This document shows positions 1 to 12,500 of a DNA stretch of 64,000 bases, piece by piece. Each line of letters starts with the position of its first letter. Positions within the stretch are counted from its first letter, which is position 1. The position numbers and the translations under genes are program-made. The stretch is taken from NCBI GenBank assembly GCA_003344405.1, contig NOWV01000273.1, positions 1 to 64,000 of the forward strand. Direction: 5' to 3'. The stretch comes from Trichoplax sp. H2. Its lineage: Eukaryota. Under the pieces are notes generated by a model. The model saw only the letters and a list, made by a program, of their open reading frames with translations, did no database searches and was not told the DNA's origin.

Positions 1-1560
1 CAGCTAACTTTCTTTGATCTATCCTTAGCCCTTGCATACATTCTTTTTCTCCATTTCTTGTTCTTCTTATTTTCTGTATTTCTTCCTCCTGCGCTATAGT
101 GTCTTCGAGTTCCATACATTTTTGCGGCCTTATTGCAGTTATCAGCTCTTCTAGTATTTTTGTGTTACTAGATTCAGCAGCGTAATGCAAAGCTGTTTTG
201 CCATCATTATCTTGTACAAGAAGGAAATTAATAACTGCCTGCTGTTGTGATTCAGCTAACTTTCTTTGATCTATCCTTAGCCCTTGCATACATTCTTTTT
301 CTCCATTTCTTGTTCCTCTTATTTTCTGTATTTCTTCCTCCTGCGCTATAGTGTCTTCGAGTTCTATACATTTTTGCGGCCTTATTGCAGTTATCAGCTC
401 TTCTACTATTTTTGTGTTACTAGATTTAGCAGCGTAATGCAAAGCTGTTTTGCCATCATTATCTTGTATTTGAAGCAAATTACTAACAGCCTGCTGTTGT
501 GATTCAGCTAACTTTCTTTGATCTACCCTTAGCCCTTGCATACATTCTTTTTCTCCATTTCTTGTTCCTCTTATTTTCTGTATTTCTTCCTCCTGCGCTA
601 TAGTGTCTTCGAGTTCTATACATTTTTGCGGCCTTATTGCAGTTATCAGCTCTTCTAGTATTTTTGTGTTACTAGATTCAGTAGCGTAATGCAAAGCTGT
701 TTTGCCATCATTATCTTGTATTTGAAGCAAATTACTAACAGCCTGCTGTTGCGATTCAGCTAACTTTCTTTGATCTATCCTTAGCCCTTGCATACATTCT
801 TTTTCTCCATTTCTTGTTCCTCTTACTTTCTGTATTTCTTCCTCCTGCACTATAGTGTCTTCGAGTTCCATACATTTTTGCGGCCTTATAGCGGTTATCA
901 GCTCTTCTAGTATTTTTGTGTTACTAGATTCAGCAGCGTAATGCAAAGCTGTTTTGCCATCATTATCTCGTATTAGAAGCAAATTACTAACAGCCTGCTG
1001 CTGCGATTCAGCTAACTTTCTTTGATCTATCCTTAGCCCTTGCATACATTCTTTTTCTCCATTTCTTGTTCTTCTTATTTTCTGTATTTCTTCCTCGTGC
1101 GCTATAGTGTCTTCGAGTTCTATACATTTTTGCGGCCTTATAGCGGTTATCAGCTCTTCTAGTATTTTTGTGTTACTAGATTCAGCAGCGTAATGCAAAG
1201 CTGTTTTGCCATCATTATCTCGTATTTGAAGGAAATTACTAACTGCCTGCTGCTGCGATTCAGCTAACTTTCTTTGATTTACCCTTAGCCCTTGCATATG
1301 TTCTTTTTCTCCATTTCTTGTTCTTCTTATTTTCTGTATTTCTTCCTCCTGCGCTATAGTGTCTTCGAGTTCTATACATTTTTGCGGCCTTATTGCGGTT
1401 ATCAGCTCTTCTACTATTTTTGTGTTACTAGATTCAGCAGCGTAATGCAAAGCTGTTTTGCCATCATCATTTTGTATAAGAAGGAAATTACTAACTGCCT
1501 GCTGCTGTGATTCAACTAACCTTCTTTGATCTATCCATGGCCCTGGAATATATTCTTTTT
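1..1560 (-). repeat. Coding tandem repeat, 252-bp (84-aa) period, at least 6 near-identical copies
   Basis: Anchor CAGCTAACTTTC recurs at 1, 253, 505, 757, 1009, 1261 and, diverged, at 1513. No indels; the frame is preserved. The array continues past the left edge. Confidence 0.97.
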
Positions 1561-3172
1561 CTCTATTTCTTATTCCTTTTAACAACTCGCCAACTATTTC
1601 TACATTCTTTCTAGCAACATAGTGCAAAGCTGTGTTGTCATCTCTATCTTTCATAAGTATTCTTGCTCCTCTATCTATCAACGTTTTAACTATTTTCACA
1701 TAGGCACTCTCGGATGCGTAATGCAAAGCCGTTTTGCCTCTACAGGCTCGAAAATTCACTGGAGCACCATATTTTAACATCAGTTCAACAATCTCCTCAT
1801 TACCTCTTTCTACAGCATGGTGTAGAGCTAATTTTCTGCAATCGCTTTTAGCGTTTAGAATAAATTTTAAATCATCATAATTTTCTGCAGCTTCTAAAAT
1901 TTTCCGAACCATTATCATATTATTTTCTTGAGCAAAAAAAATAAAAAATTCTTGTGTTTTGCTGTCTTTAAAATCTATTTCTGCACCACTATTAATAAGA
2001 AATTCAACTAATTCTGCACGTACGATTTCAAAGTCATCATCAAAACCGCCGTTCGGGTATAATTCTATATTATATAAGGGGGCATTACCATTATTTTGTT
2101 TAATATTTACCTCAGCTCCATTATCTACAAGTAGTTTAGCTATATCAAATTGTCCTTGCTTAGCTGCATAAAGTAAAGGAGTTGTGCCATCGTCATTACT
2201 AATATTTGCATCCGCTCCGCTTTCTATAAGGAGCCTGGCTATATTAAAATTGCTTCGTGAAACCGCAATAGACAAAAGTGTAGAACGAAATTCAGGTGAA
2301 TCAAAAATGAAGAATAAATCTAAAGAAATATTGAAATTATCTTGAGATTTAATATTTGTATCTGCACCATATTTTGTAAGCAGTTTAACTATTTCTTCGT
2401 TTTCACTTATTACTGCATAACATAAAGCTGAATGATGATCATGATCTTGTATATTTACCAAAGCTGAACAAATATCACGATCTTGATTATCTACCATAGT
2501 GGCATGTTCTAAAAGTAGGTTAACAATATCTTCATTGTTCTTTTTAGTAGCGTGATGCAAAAGAGTTTTTCCATCATTATCTTGAGCTTTTAGTAAGTGT
2601 AATAAATATCCTTGATTTTTTAAATGTGTTATATGTTCTTGATTTTCGCAGACTAAAGAATCATCTTCTAAGTTTGTAATTTTATCCTGATCCTGATAGG
2701 CAGCCTGAATATCTCGATTCACGGATTCAGTATAGCTTCCATTTTCATTTTGAAGCAATGTGGAAGCTTTTGTTTCTTTCTGAAGCAATCTGGCGGCTCT
2801 TAGTGTTTTTATCCTTGCAGTTTCTTCTCTACTTCTCCAAGCCATTTGTGCTAGATTATCCAACAATCTTGGATTCTGTATAGCTTGTAAAATGGTTTCC
2901 AAGATGGCTAAATTATTTTTTTTAACAAGCTTAGCCATAAAAGACATATGCGAGTGTTCTTCAGCCGTTGTAGTGATTGTACTAATGACAAATGGATCAT
3001 ATTGAATTCTTAAGAAAAATTTTTTGTCACCATTCTTTACTGCTTGCCTCCAGACTTTAGCAAATTTTTTCCCACTTGAATATTTTAAGCTTTTTGGCCC
3101 CGCTTGAGTTGAATTGCTTGACTGCGATAGTCTTCTTGTATCCATTTTAATTTTACCTCTATATCCAACCAT
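2..3172 (-). CDS. Intronless ankyrin-repeat protein, at least 1057 aa, 3' end beyond the window
   Basis: Hand translation of the minus strand from ATG 3172 (MVGYRGKIKMDTRRLSQ...; second in-frame ATG at 3145) stays open to position 2. Repeated ANK motifs: DNDGKTLLHHATKKNNEDIVNLLL, DDGTTPLLYAAKQGQFDIAKLLVDNGAEVN, RGKTALHYASESAYVKIVKTLIDRGA, then tandem DNDGKTALHYAAESSNTKILEELI. Absent from the ORF track, probably because there is no stop in the window. Confidence 0.9.
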   Translation of the reverse strand, partial: MVGYRGKIKMDTRRLSQSSNSTQAGPKSLKYSSGKKFAKVWRQAVKNGDKKFFLRIQYDPFVISTITTTAEEHSHMSFMAKLVKKNNLAILETILQAIQNPRLLDNLAQMAWRSREETARIKTLRAARLLQKETKASTLLQNENGSYTESVNRDIQAAYQDQDKITNLEDDSLVCENQEHITHLKNQGYLLHLLKAQDNDGKTLLHHATKKNNEDIVNLLLEHATMVDNQDRDICSALVNIQDHDHHSALCYAVISENEEIVKLLTKYGADTNIKSQDNFNISLDLFFIFDSPEFRSTLLSIAVSRSNFNIARLLIESGADANISNDDGTTPLLYAAKQGQFDIAKLLVDNGAEVNIKQNNGNAPLYNIELYPNGGFDDDFEIVRAELVEFLINSGAEIDFKDSKTQEFFIFFAQENNMIMVRKILEAAENYDDLKFILNAKSDCRKLALHHAVERGNEEIVELMLKYGAPVNFRACRGKTALHYASESAYVKIVKTLIDRGARILMKDRDDNTALHYVARKNVEIVGELLKGIRNREKEYIPGPWIDQRRLVESQQQAVSNFLLIQNDDGKTALHYAAESSNTKIVEELITAIRPQKCIELEDTIAQEEEIQKIRRTRNGEKEHMQGLRVNQRKLAESQQQAVSNFLQIRDNDGKTALHYAAESSNTKILEELITAIRPQKCIELEDTIAHEEEIQKIRRTRNGEKECMQGLRIDQRKLAESQQQAVSNLLLIRDNDGKTALHYAAESSNTKILEELITAIRPQKCMELEDTIVQEEEIQKVRGTRNGEKECMQGLRIDQRKLAESQQQAVSNLLQIQDNDGKTALHYATESSNTKILEELITAIRPQKCIELEDTIAQEEEIQKIRGTRNGEKECMQGLRVDQRKLAESQQQAVSNLLQIQDNDGKTALHYAAKSSNTKIVEELITAIRPQKCIELEDTIAQEEEIQKIRGTRNGEKECMQGLRIDQRKLAESQQQAVINFLLVQDNDGKTALHYAAESSNTKILEELITAIRPQKCMELEDTIAQEEEIQKIRRTRNGEKECMQGLRIDQRKLA

Positions 3173-4464
3173 ACTTGACTCGGTTATAAGTACTTTAACT
3201 TTTATAGCTATATTTGCGCTTTAAACTAGAAAAAAGTATGCACCCTCATGGACTACTATCTTGATGTATCTGAAGATAGATATACATAACCAGGGACTTC
3301 ATGAATTCATAATAAATTATCAAGTTGCACAGTACTGTCTAATACAGCATAGTGTTAGCTTTCGGTAAAGGTTAAACTCAAGCAGACTCTCTCGACGCAT
3401 ATATAGGAAAGCAACAACTACGCCTATTTACGGTCTAGGCTTGATTAGAGGTCGTTAACAAACATGACAAATCTAGTAATTAAGCTTTAATCATAGAATA
3501 TCTTAAAAGGAGCATAAAAAAATCTGATCTTGAGTCGCTTGTTGCAATGGCAAAACAGAAGTACACAATTTGAAGATAGCCTTACGCGCTTACGTAAAGA
3601 AATAACAGCATAGATTCCTCATCAGACTTAAAGCTATGCATATGATTAACCAATATTATATAACATAACATATAACTATTATCCTTGTCATACAAGATTA
3701 TCAGATATGACTATGCTACTGTAATAAAGTTACCAAATCAACATAAATACGTAGTTCTTCAACATAATACTTTGTTATATCAAATCTGAAAAGGCATAAA
3801 TAGTTGATGTTTGGTAAATTGTAAAGAAGATGGTGAATTAGTTATTCTTAGTAGAAGCGGCTATTAAGTTATGGAAATGGTAACCATACTATTTAGTGAC
3901 GTAAGACTTTAATTAAGGAAGAAGGCAATAGTTTCTTCCATTTAAATTGTGACGAAATGATTATTTATTATGAATTTTTCAAGAGCTAGTGACGATCTGT
4001 TTACGATCTTGACTTTACATCTTACAATGGCGATCGTGGTAATTAATCTTGTATCGCCGGAGAACGATACTGATGGATACTGTTTGGCTCGGATTTGTAT
4101 GAAAGAATGATCGGATAGCTTTAGCTTAGGGAATAAAAAGTTTACTACATATCGCAACAGCTACTATTTACAGTACTTTTTTATGTCGACCTGTAATTAA
4201 AATAACTGTCTTAGTCAATGATAGATTTTAAAAGGTTTTCATTACAAGGTTTTAGGAATAGTAGAGCAATAATTGATTACTACAAGAATCTAGTCTAAAA
4301 TATAAAGTATTTCAAGCTCAAAGTGAAGTGAAGTCTCTTCTCCCTCGTGAGCTCATCTCTGCAGTTCTTAAATGTATTTCGCTAAATACATTTACGACAA
4401 CTTGATTAGTCTACAATCAGACATAAATCATCAAATGAAATAATTTTTCTCAAATAGAACCTCA

Positions 4465-4724
4465 TCAGTACAAACTCCCGTCGCTATGCTGACGGATTAC
4501 ATTGTTATAATATTAAAAACTCCCGTCGCTTTGCTAACGCATTATGCTTTTATAATATTATACTTCTAGAATATTGTTTTACAATAATACTTCAAACGTG
4601 ACTCGGCCTTGCGTTGCTATGCAAACGGATTACGTTGTTATAATTATACAATCTCCCGTTGCTTTGCTAACGGATTATGTTCTTATGATATTATACTTCT
4701 AGAATATTATTTTACGATAATACT
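4465..4724. repeat. Four copies of a ~45-bp hairpin-bearing unit (higher-order ~136-bp duplication); possible Helitron 3'-end relic on the minus strand
   Basis: CCGTCGCTATGCTGACGG (4478-4495) plus variants CCGTCGCTTTGCTAACGC, GCGTTGCTATGCAAACGG and CCGTTGCTTTGCTAACGG. On the minus strand the first hairpin is followed by CTGA|T ending 13 nt downstream. Confidence 0.5.
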
Positions 4725-6508
4725 AATATTAGTTATCAACAATTTCGAATAGAGTAGTTATCAATCATCTAATATTAGCTTCACGAAAATATGTATTCTT
4801 AGTAACTTGACTATATCAAATATAGCTATTAATACAATCAAATATAGCAATCCACATAATCAAATATGGGGTGCATCGCTACACGACTAAACCACAAGGA
4901 ATCGCAAAAATAGATTCATATATAAAATCTAACACAATTACGTTGTACAAGATGACTAAAATTATGGTGATTTAATCAGTCCTTGATCAAAAAGATGACA
5001 TCTTTTATTTTATGGACGGCGAAAAGTCTTATCAATTGTGAATTACGGTGCTATGCCGAACATAGCCGGGTATAGGGATCTAGGCGACGAATATTACTTT
5101 GTACTATCTTTCATTAGTCTCCGATTAATTACCAGCATTAAGGGTTTTATTTCGATTATGTTTCTAACTAGACAACCTATTAATTAAAAAACTACAGTAA
5201 ATTCGAGTACTTAAAAACACTAATTAAAATCTACAGTACTGCGTGATAGTTAATCATGGACTTAATATCGAATATAATCAACTAAAGTTTGGCGAAGAAT
5301 AGTTACTGTAGAATAATTAAACTACATTATCACTGCTTAACAAGCTTTATATTTTCATTGCAAATTCACCGCAATATTTTTGATATTAATTATGCTAATT
5401 TACTACGTAGCCGAATCGGATCAAAACCACATGATAGTATGATAGCTGCGGGATATGCTACCCGCTATTGTTAGATTGTAAAATTTATTACAAAAGCGTA
5501 GGGTCGTTAATTGTAGTAGCCTTATAATAAATGTTAGACTATAGGCATTTTAGCTGCTGTCATAGCGAGATTCTAGACAATTTATTTCAGTAAGTGTCCA
5601 GCAGCGCTTTTAAAACAGACAAAATTCGTAAAATCTACGCATAACGATCGGTAAACCTACGATCCTGATGTACTGATTTAGAAAAATCATTTAAACGATT
5701 TCTCGATATTTCATAAAATTGAATACGAAGTGAAATTTTTAGGTATGTTAAAAGCTATAGATGACAATCTTGTAGGTGCATAGCATAAGAATTTTACAGT
5801 CAACCAGAGATAGTACTAACGAGGATACAGTATATGTTCATCATTTCTTCTGTTGCATGCAATTTTACTTGAATTTTATCAAATACAATAAAATACACGT
5901 AAGCTTAATGTAAATTATGCTACTTTTCTTAAGTACTTTATCAAATTAGTATTTCAGAGTTGTAATGTCAAACATGTAGCCACAACAAAGCTTAGTCCCT
6001 GGTATTAACAGTCTACGTTATCAAATTTATCTAAGCTTTCTAAGGGCATGAGCATTATTTTATACCAGTAGGTACTTAAATTTAAGTACCTTTATTTGGT
6101 CATTAAGTTTTAAGATTTTATCCTTACAAGTAGCATTGTAATACTCGAGCACACTTAATAATTATTTAGTAATCGGTTAACGAGATGTGAAACCTTGCAT
6201 ACCGATTGCTAACGACCTTATCAACAGGTAGTAAATATAATCGTTCATGTAGCGTATGCTGTACTTTCTAAACTTAGAAGATATGCAACCAATTCCTTAT
6301 TTCAATAGTCGTCCTTCTACAATCGATAAATCTTCTTTATTGAACTGGCTGATGTTGAAAACGCTAATTCAAAATCTATGTTATCCACATCTTGGATTAC
6401 ATCTATTGCTATAATATCGAAAGTTCTCACTTTTTTATGCTGATAGTTGTCTTTTGCTTTGTTATGTAATAGATTTTGCAGTCTTTGTACCTACAGTACA
6501 GAAACAAT

Positions 6509-6572
6509 ATGATGGCGCCGCTGTTAAGATGGCTGGTCATGCTGTATTTAGTAGGCTTATCTTTGCAAGAAG
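6509..6572 (+). CDS. aGPCR first coding exon: signal peptide
   Basis: MMAPLLRWLVMLYLVGLSLQE followed by a G|GTCAGT phase-1 donor; joins in frame to AG|AT at 8463 (D-SKVEKSSGREFF). Confidence 0.75.
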
Positions 6573-9500
6573 GTCAGTAAGGATCGATTTGATATAGAAT
6601 GAAATGTGATATAGCTTTTATTCGAGAGTTCAAATATAATTATTTGTCAACTTTTGCCTTTGTTAGGCAGGTATCGCAACTAAATAGTTAAGATATTATA
6701 TTAGCTATAGACAAAAAATAAAATTATTTATTCTTGAAATAATTATGTCATCGTACAAAAAATGTATGTTAACATCGTACTGAAATCCTTAATTATCGTC
6801 TAGGCCCAAAATTCTTTAATTTCAATCCTTTGAGAACCATGATACCATACTATACTCTAGACCCTCATCATGCAAAGCACTGATTTAAAGATGGCCAATG
6901 GAAAAGTTAATACATAATCAATTCCATTTACCGTATTTGCTTATGGAGTACACATTAATTAATGATATGGCCTGCAAATAAATTTATTTTTAGAATACGA
7001 GCTTATTTATAATATCTTATCTATGCTTTACTATGGCACGACTCAACAACTGAGAATTGATATTTGTTCTGTACGTATTTAGTGTCAAATAGATTGAATG
7101 CATTCCCATCTTCATACCATATATAGATAGATATAGTATATTGCGTAAGAGATTTCCAATAATTTTTTTTCCGGCGAAATAGTTTACTGATAAGTTTGTG
7201 TTCGGTTGGGTATAAAATTTCAGTATCGCAACTGCAATTTTCCTTCTAATGATGCATCCGCTACCTATTCATTACGATCTTGTTTATCACTATAGTAGTA
7301 AATACGATACCTCACACAGTTGATTTTAGCCGTGCTATGCTGTTCTCGAGGGATATTGGGCCTTCTTATTTGGAACGTTGAAGGAACATTGCATGCGGTA
7401 TAGTGAATTGTAATGTATGTATACGCGTATCCCACCCACCCTTTGGACGAGCAGCGCGGGGGTATTTAAACTACTGTTAGATGACTTTGATTATGGGTTC
7501 ATTTCCATAGGTCAGTATAAGATTCTTACAGTACTTTTTACCTCAAGATTTCTTCATGTAAAACGAATAGCTCTAAGGTAGTCATTTCTGCAAAGTACTG
7601 ATTTTTAAAATAGTATTCGTTATATCGTTAAGGGTGGCCACTGGGCCTTTCAATTTTGATTTGATGTAATACGCTGATAAAAATTGAATAAACATAGAAT
7701 CTTTACAGAGTTTTCTACACAGCCATTTTGATTGTTACTTTTTCTTATAACGGTTGTTATCGACAGAGTAAGCTTTGCTTGCATACGCAAGCGATCCTTA
7801 GACACATTATAATGATTGGTATAGAATTGACCACAGTACTAAGGACATGGTACCGCACTGTAGATATCTTACAGTACCTGCTAATCTTAACTTGGTATGT
7901 CCATCACAGTACATTAGTTATCATAATGAGCTTTGTACCATTAACTAATCTTAATATAGTATTTCATAACATTTCCTCCGCCCATGTATTATTGAAAAGT
8001 AGTATTCTAGAAGCATAGCTGTGAATATAGTAGTGCCTGGCTATTACCGGGATATATGTAATGTCGAATGGTAATACTATCTGTTAATTATGAACAAATA
8101 AGTACATTATCGTAAACCGTCAGCAAAGCGACGTGAGTTTGTACTAGTGTTACTTAATTCTTCACGGTCGCTCGTACAGTGACATGTAGTATTTTAGTAT
8201 CGTATATCGTGTATATAGTTTATGATATTACCAAGAGTTATATTAATACATACAATACTTAATTACATCAACTTGTTTAGCTATGCTGTAACTGATAATG
8301 TCTTTGCGATAGAGTATATTATTGTTTATATAAATATTTATGTAATATTATAACGACAAATTTGTTAAATTTAAATATAATAGAGATAGTACTCGTGATA
8401 AGATTACAATGTACTGTGTAGTAATTAATTAACTGAGATATCTATGTTATTATGTTTACTAGATTCGAAAGTTGAGAAAAGTTCGGGACGAGAGTTTTTT
8501 GTGGGTTTTCTAAGAATGAATTCCATCCAACCACAATATATCACCATAACAAGTTATAATAAGCCAGCTGTTGTCAATGTTACAAATAAGTTTGTTAATA
8601 CAGTTGACGAATACACCATTGCATCTTATGAATCAAAAACACTAACATTCGCAAATACTATGAACCTTTATATAACTGAATTGACTTCTAAAATCGTGCA
8701 TATCGTCTCAGATGAAGATATAACAGTCAATAGTTTTTATATATATAATTCTGCATTGGCTTCAACATTAGTTTTACCGAGTCATCTATACGATAAGGAT
8801 TATGTTGTCGCTGCGTATGATAAATACGCTTTCATCAAACTATTAATAATCGCTAAGTACGCCGACACACATCTTAATATCAGTTTCCCAGTGAGTACTT
8901 ACTATTCTGGTGAATATTATTCAAGAAGTAAAAATTTGTCTATTACTTTACAATCTTCGCAAGGATTTCATTTAAAAACGAACAAACAGATACCTGGCGC
9001 TATTGTCTATTCCGATAAAGATGTTGGAGTTTTGGCTGGTAATGAATGTGCATTTATACCTAGTAGTACGGGTAGATGTGATAGTACACAAGAATTTCAT
9101 TTACCTATTACGCGTCTTGGTAAAAATTATATTATATCGACGTTCGCTGATAGAACAGCTGGTGATATATATCGCGTTTTCGGTGGTCATAATAATACGA
9201 CAGTAAGTGTTAAAGTAACATCTCAAAATTATCAACTGTCTCGAGGAGATTTTGTAGAATTTGAATTAAACAGCGGTAATAGTTCGTATGTTACGTGCGA
9301 TAAGCCATGTTTAGTTACTCAATTCGCGAAAGGAAGCCAAACAGATAATACTAAAAGCGATCCATTCATGACATTTGTACCAGCAATAGAACAATATAGT
9401 CGAGATTACAATACATTTTTGCCGTCTCTTCTTACAAATGTAGGAACTGATCGAAATTATGCGTTGATTACTATACAAGACAAATATAAGAACGGATTGA

Positions 9501-12500
9501 TGCTAAACGGAGTAATACTACAAGATATTACCTGGCGACAAATCCTTACAAATACTGTTAACGAAACTTATGTTACTGCATCTGTTCCTGTTACAATTGG
9601 CGGAATAAGAATAACTCATAACGATTCTAACGCATTATACGGATTAATTAACTATGGCTGGAGTCAAAATTACGCGGGATACGGTCACTTAGGCGGTATA
9701 CGAATTGTTAAAATCTATCCATGTAAGTTATTATCATACAATAGAAGTATTTAAGTGTTATAATAACATTGTAATTTTAGAATACAATTTCATTATTCTC
9801 TACGAGAAATGATTCAAATTTATACTTGACGATAACATATTGTAGCATAATTAATTACAGAGAGAGAATCATATACAAATTTATAGAAATAAATGATTGC
9901 CTTATTGTTGTTAATCGATATCTACTATGCACATATCATATTAATTTGGGTATAATTTTAAATTTTGACGGACTATAGATGCGCCGCGAATCATTGAACA
10001 ATCCTCAAACATATCTGTGTATGAAGGTAACATGACGGTATTAGAGTGTAACGCGACAAGCTCGCCGATATCTACTATTACTTGGTTAAAAGATGGAATC
10101 CCTGTTATAAATTATGAGAATACGACAATAGTCGAAGGTTTCTATATTTATAGTCGTTTAGTTATTACAGAAACGTTTATACACGATATGGGGAATTATC
10201 AATGCGAATACGTTAACACAGTTGGATCGACAAGAAGTAATAACACATCGATAAAAGTGATCGGTGAGTCTATAATTGATGTATATGAATAAAATAAATT
10301 AAATATCACGCTATGATATTTTTTAATATAATTATATCGATGAAATTAGAATAAATTTATTACTATTTAGTTTACTCGAGTTGAACTTAGATCGAATGCT
10401 TAATGTATGAATTAATTTAGCTCTTTATAAAATAATTATATTTAGGACTACTGGTGTAATATTAAACTATAATCATTCGCAGGTTCATTTACTTATTATA
10501 AAATCGAGTGATTTCTCGCTTATCAGACGCTTAAGTCGTTATTGGTATCAGACTTATATAATCTTTCCTTTAGAGACCGAAATATTTCATAACTTAAAGA
10601 GTAGTTTTCTTGTTATATAATTACCTAGCCTCAGTATTTAACTACTATTCTAATTTTTAGATATTAATTTATACGAGAAAAGTATTTGAAGACAGTATAA
10701 ATTAAGATAGGAAAGAAATATTGTAGTGAAATACACTCAGGTGCTGCAAGTGCTATCTTGCATAGTTTGAAAATATGAATAATGTAAGAATTCTCATGGT
10801 AACGGCTTTGAGTAAATATCACTAGTAAGAATAACGACAAGCTAATAATCTAAGAAATGTGATTTATTAAAGATAATAGTACCGCATTAATTAATTATTT
10901 AATTTAAATTAATGCATTCGTAGATCATGAAGTAACATCGTTTTTACTAAGCTGCATATTTAACTTTTATTGCTAGATTAGATTATGTAGTTTGGTACCA
11001 GGATCGTAATTTTTCGATCAAATACCACTGATAGCATTGCACAAGTACTATCGCATTAATATAATTTGCTTCTACGAATTCTTTACCAACTGGTAAATAC
11101 TGTTATTTAGAAGTGAATTAAGAGATACTGCAGTCGTAGTGATTTGCAAAATTTTTAGATACATTATCCGAGGCTTGTAATTTGTTATACGCTGTTACTG
11201 AGCCTGATTTATTATACAGTACTCATTATTATTGCATCTTACGGTACACAAATCTTACAGTAATTAGTTTTAAAATTATTTGCTGAGGTCTGCTTTAAGA
11301 AGCGAATCTTATAAGAGAGACATTGCGTTTTAAATTGATTCTCTGCTGGTATTTAAGCCAAGCACTTTAGAGAGGTGCGTGGTCGAAGATTTATCGCTCG
11401 GTAGTCACCTTGAAGAACATATACTTGTGTTCAGAATTTACATAAAGATTTCATTTGCGCTTATGTATAAGAGAAAATGCAGTTTTAACGCGTAAGCACT
11501 CATATCAGTATTACCAGTAAGGATGAGGTACCTTACTGTATAATGATATATCATGTGATTTTTTTTGAAAAGATTGTAAGTAACAGGAAGTTAATATTAT
11601 CGAACTGATTTAGCAGTATACCCCAGAAGAAGCATATATACAGTAGTAAGAAACAATCTGGCAGTAAATTTTCTTTTCATGTCTTGCTTTGTGAAAAATA
11701 TACACCTGTTCATTTGAACGGAACTTTACTAGTAATTGTAAATGAAAATAATGATAGAAACTGATATTAGTACTAGTATAAAGAGCTCAATTTTAAATTA
11801 TTTAGAAAGAGCAGTATTTAAATAATTAATAATTTATACTTTTTGAATCTAGTTTATCCTACTATAACACAACATCCACAGGGCGCCAATATACTATATG
11901 GTAAAGACTATACCTTGAATTGTAACGGGACTAGCTATCCAGTGTCAAGTATAACATGGCTCAAGAATGGAAATCCTATGTCGGATTTCAACAACAGCAC
12001 GTTCATTCGGAATAATTACATCTACAGTCGCATCACTATCACTAATGTAACCTTAGACGATCAAGCATCATATCGGTGCCGTTATAGCATTGCCGGAGGA
12101 ATTACTACTAGTAACAGCGCGATTGTCACAGTTTTTGGTAAGTAGAAAAATTTTTTAAAGTCATTGCTTTATTTGACGAAAAGATATAAGTTAAATTTCT
12201 TCAAATATTCTTATTAGTTACATATCGTTACTACACTTGATATCTTGATTATTGATGCTAAATTCATGGCTAACTATACTGTACGGTACTGAATGGAATT
12301 CTTTATTAAGTAAGCATTATCAATAATTATAATAACATCGTTAATAAAGCTATAGCAATTAGCAATACCGCTAGCATCTCCTAGCTCATAATAGCTCATC
12401 GTCGCAGTTTACAATTATTTACTTGCATCGGGATTGACCGTAACAGATATAGCACATTTAAAAACAATTTACGTTTGGTAATTTTTATATATACATAAAC

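Noticed and set aside
1..1560. CRISPR-like interpretation of this and the other tandem repeats (38680, 59283)
   Set aside because: Units are contiguous with no unique spacers, the context is eukaryotic, and there are no cas genes.
284..2171. Plus-strand ORFs 284-502, 1292-1510 and 1959-2171
   Set aside because: Antisense shadows of the ankyrin ORF and its repeat.
11372..11440. tRNA/SINE-like stretch in an aGPCR intron (GGTGCGTGGTCGAAG...GTTCAGAAT)
   Set aside because: A and B boxes are too degenerate and no cloverleaf can be drawn.
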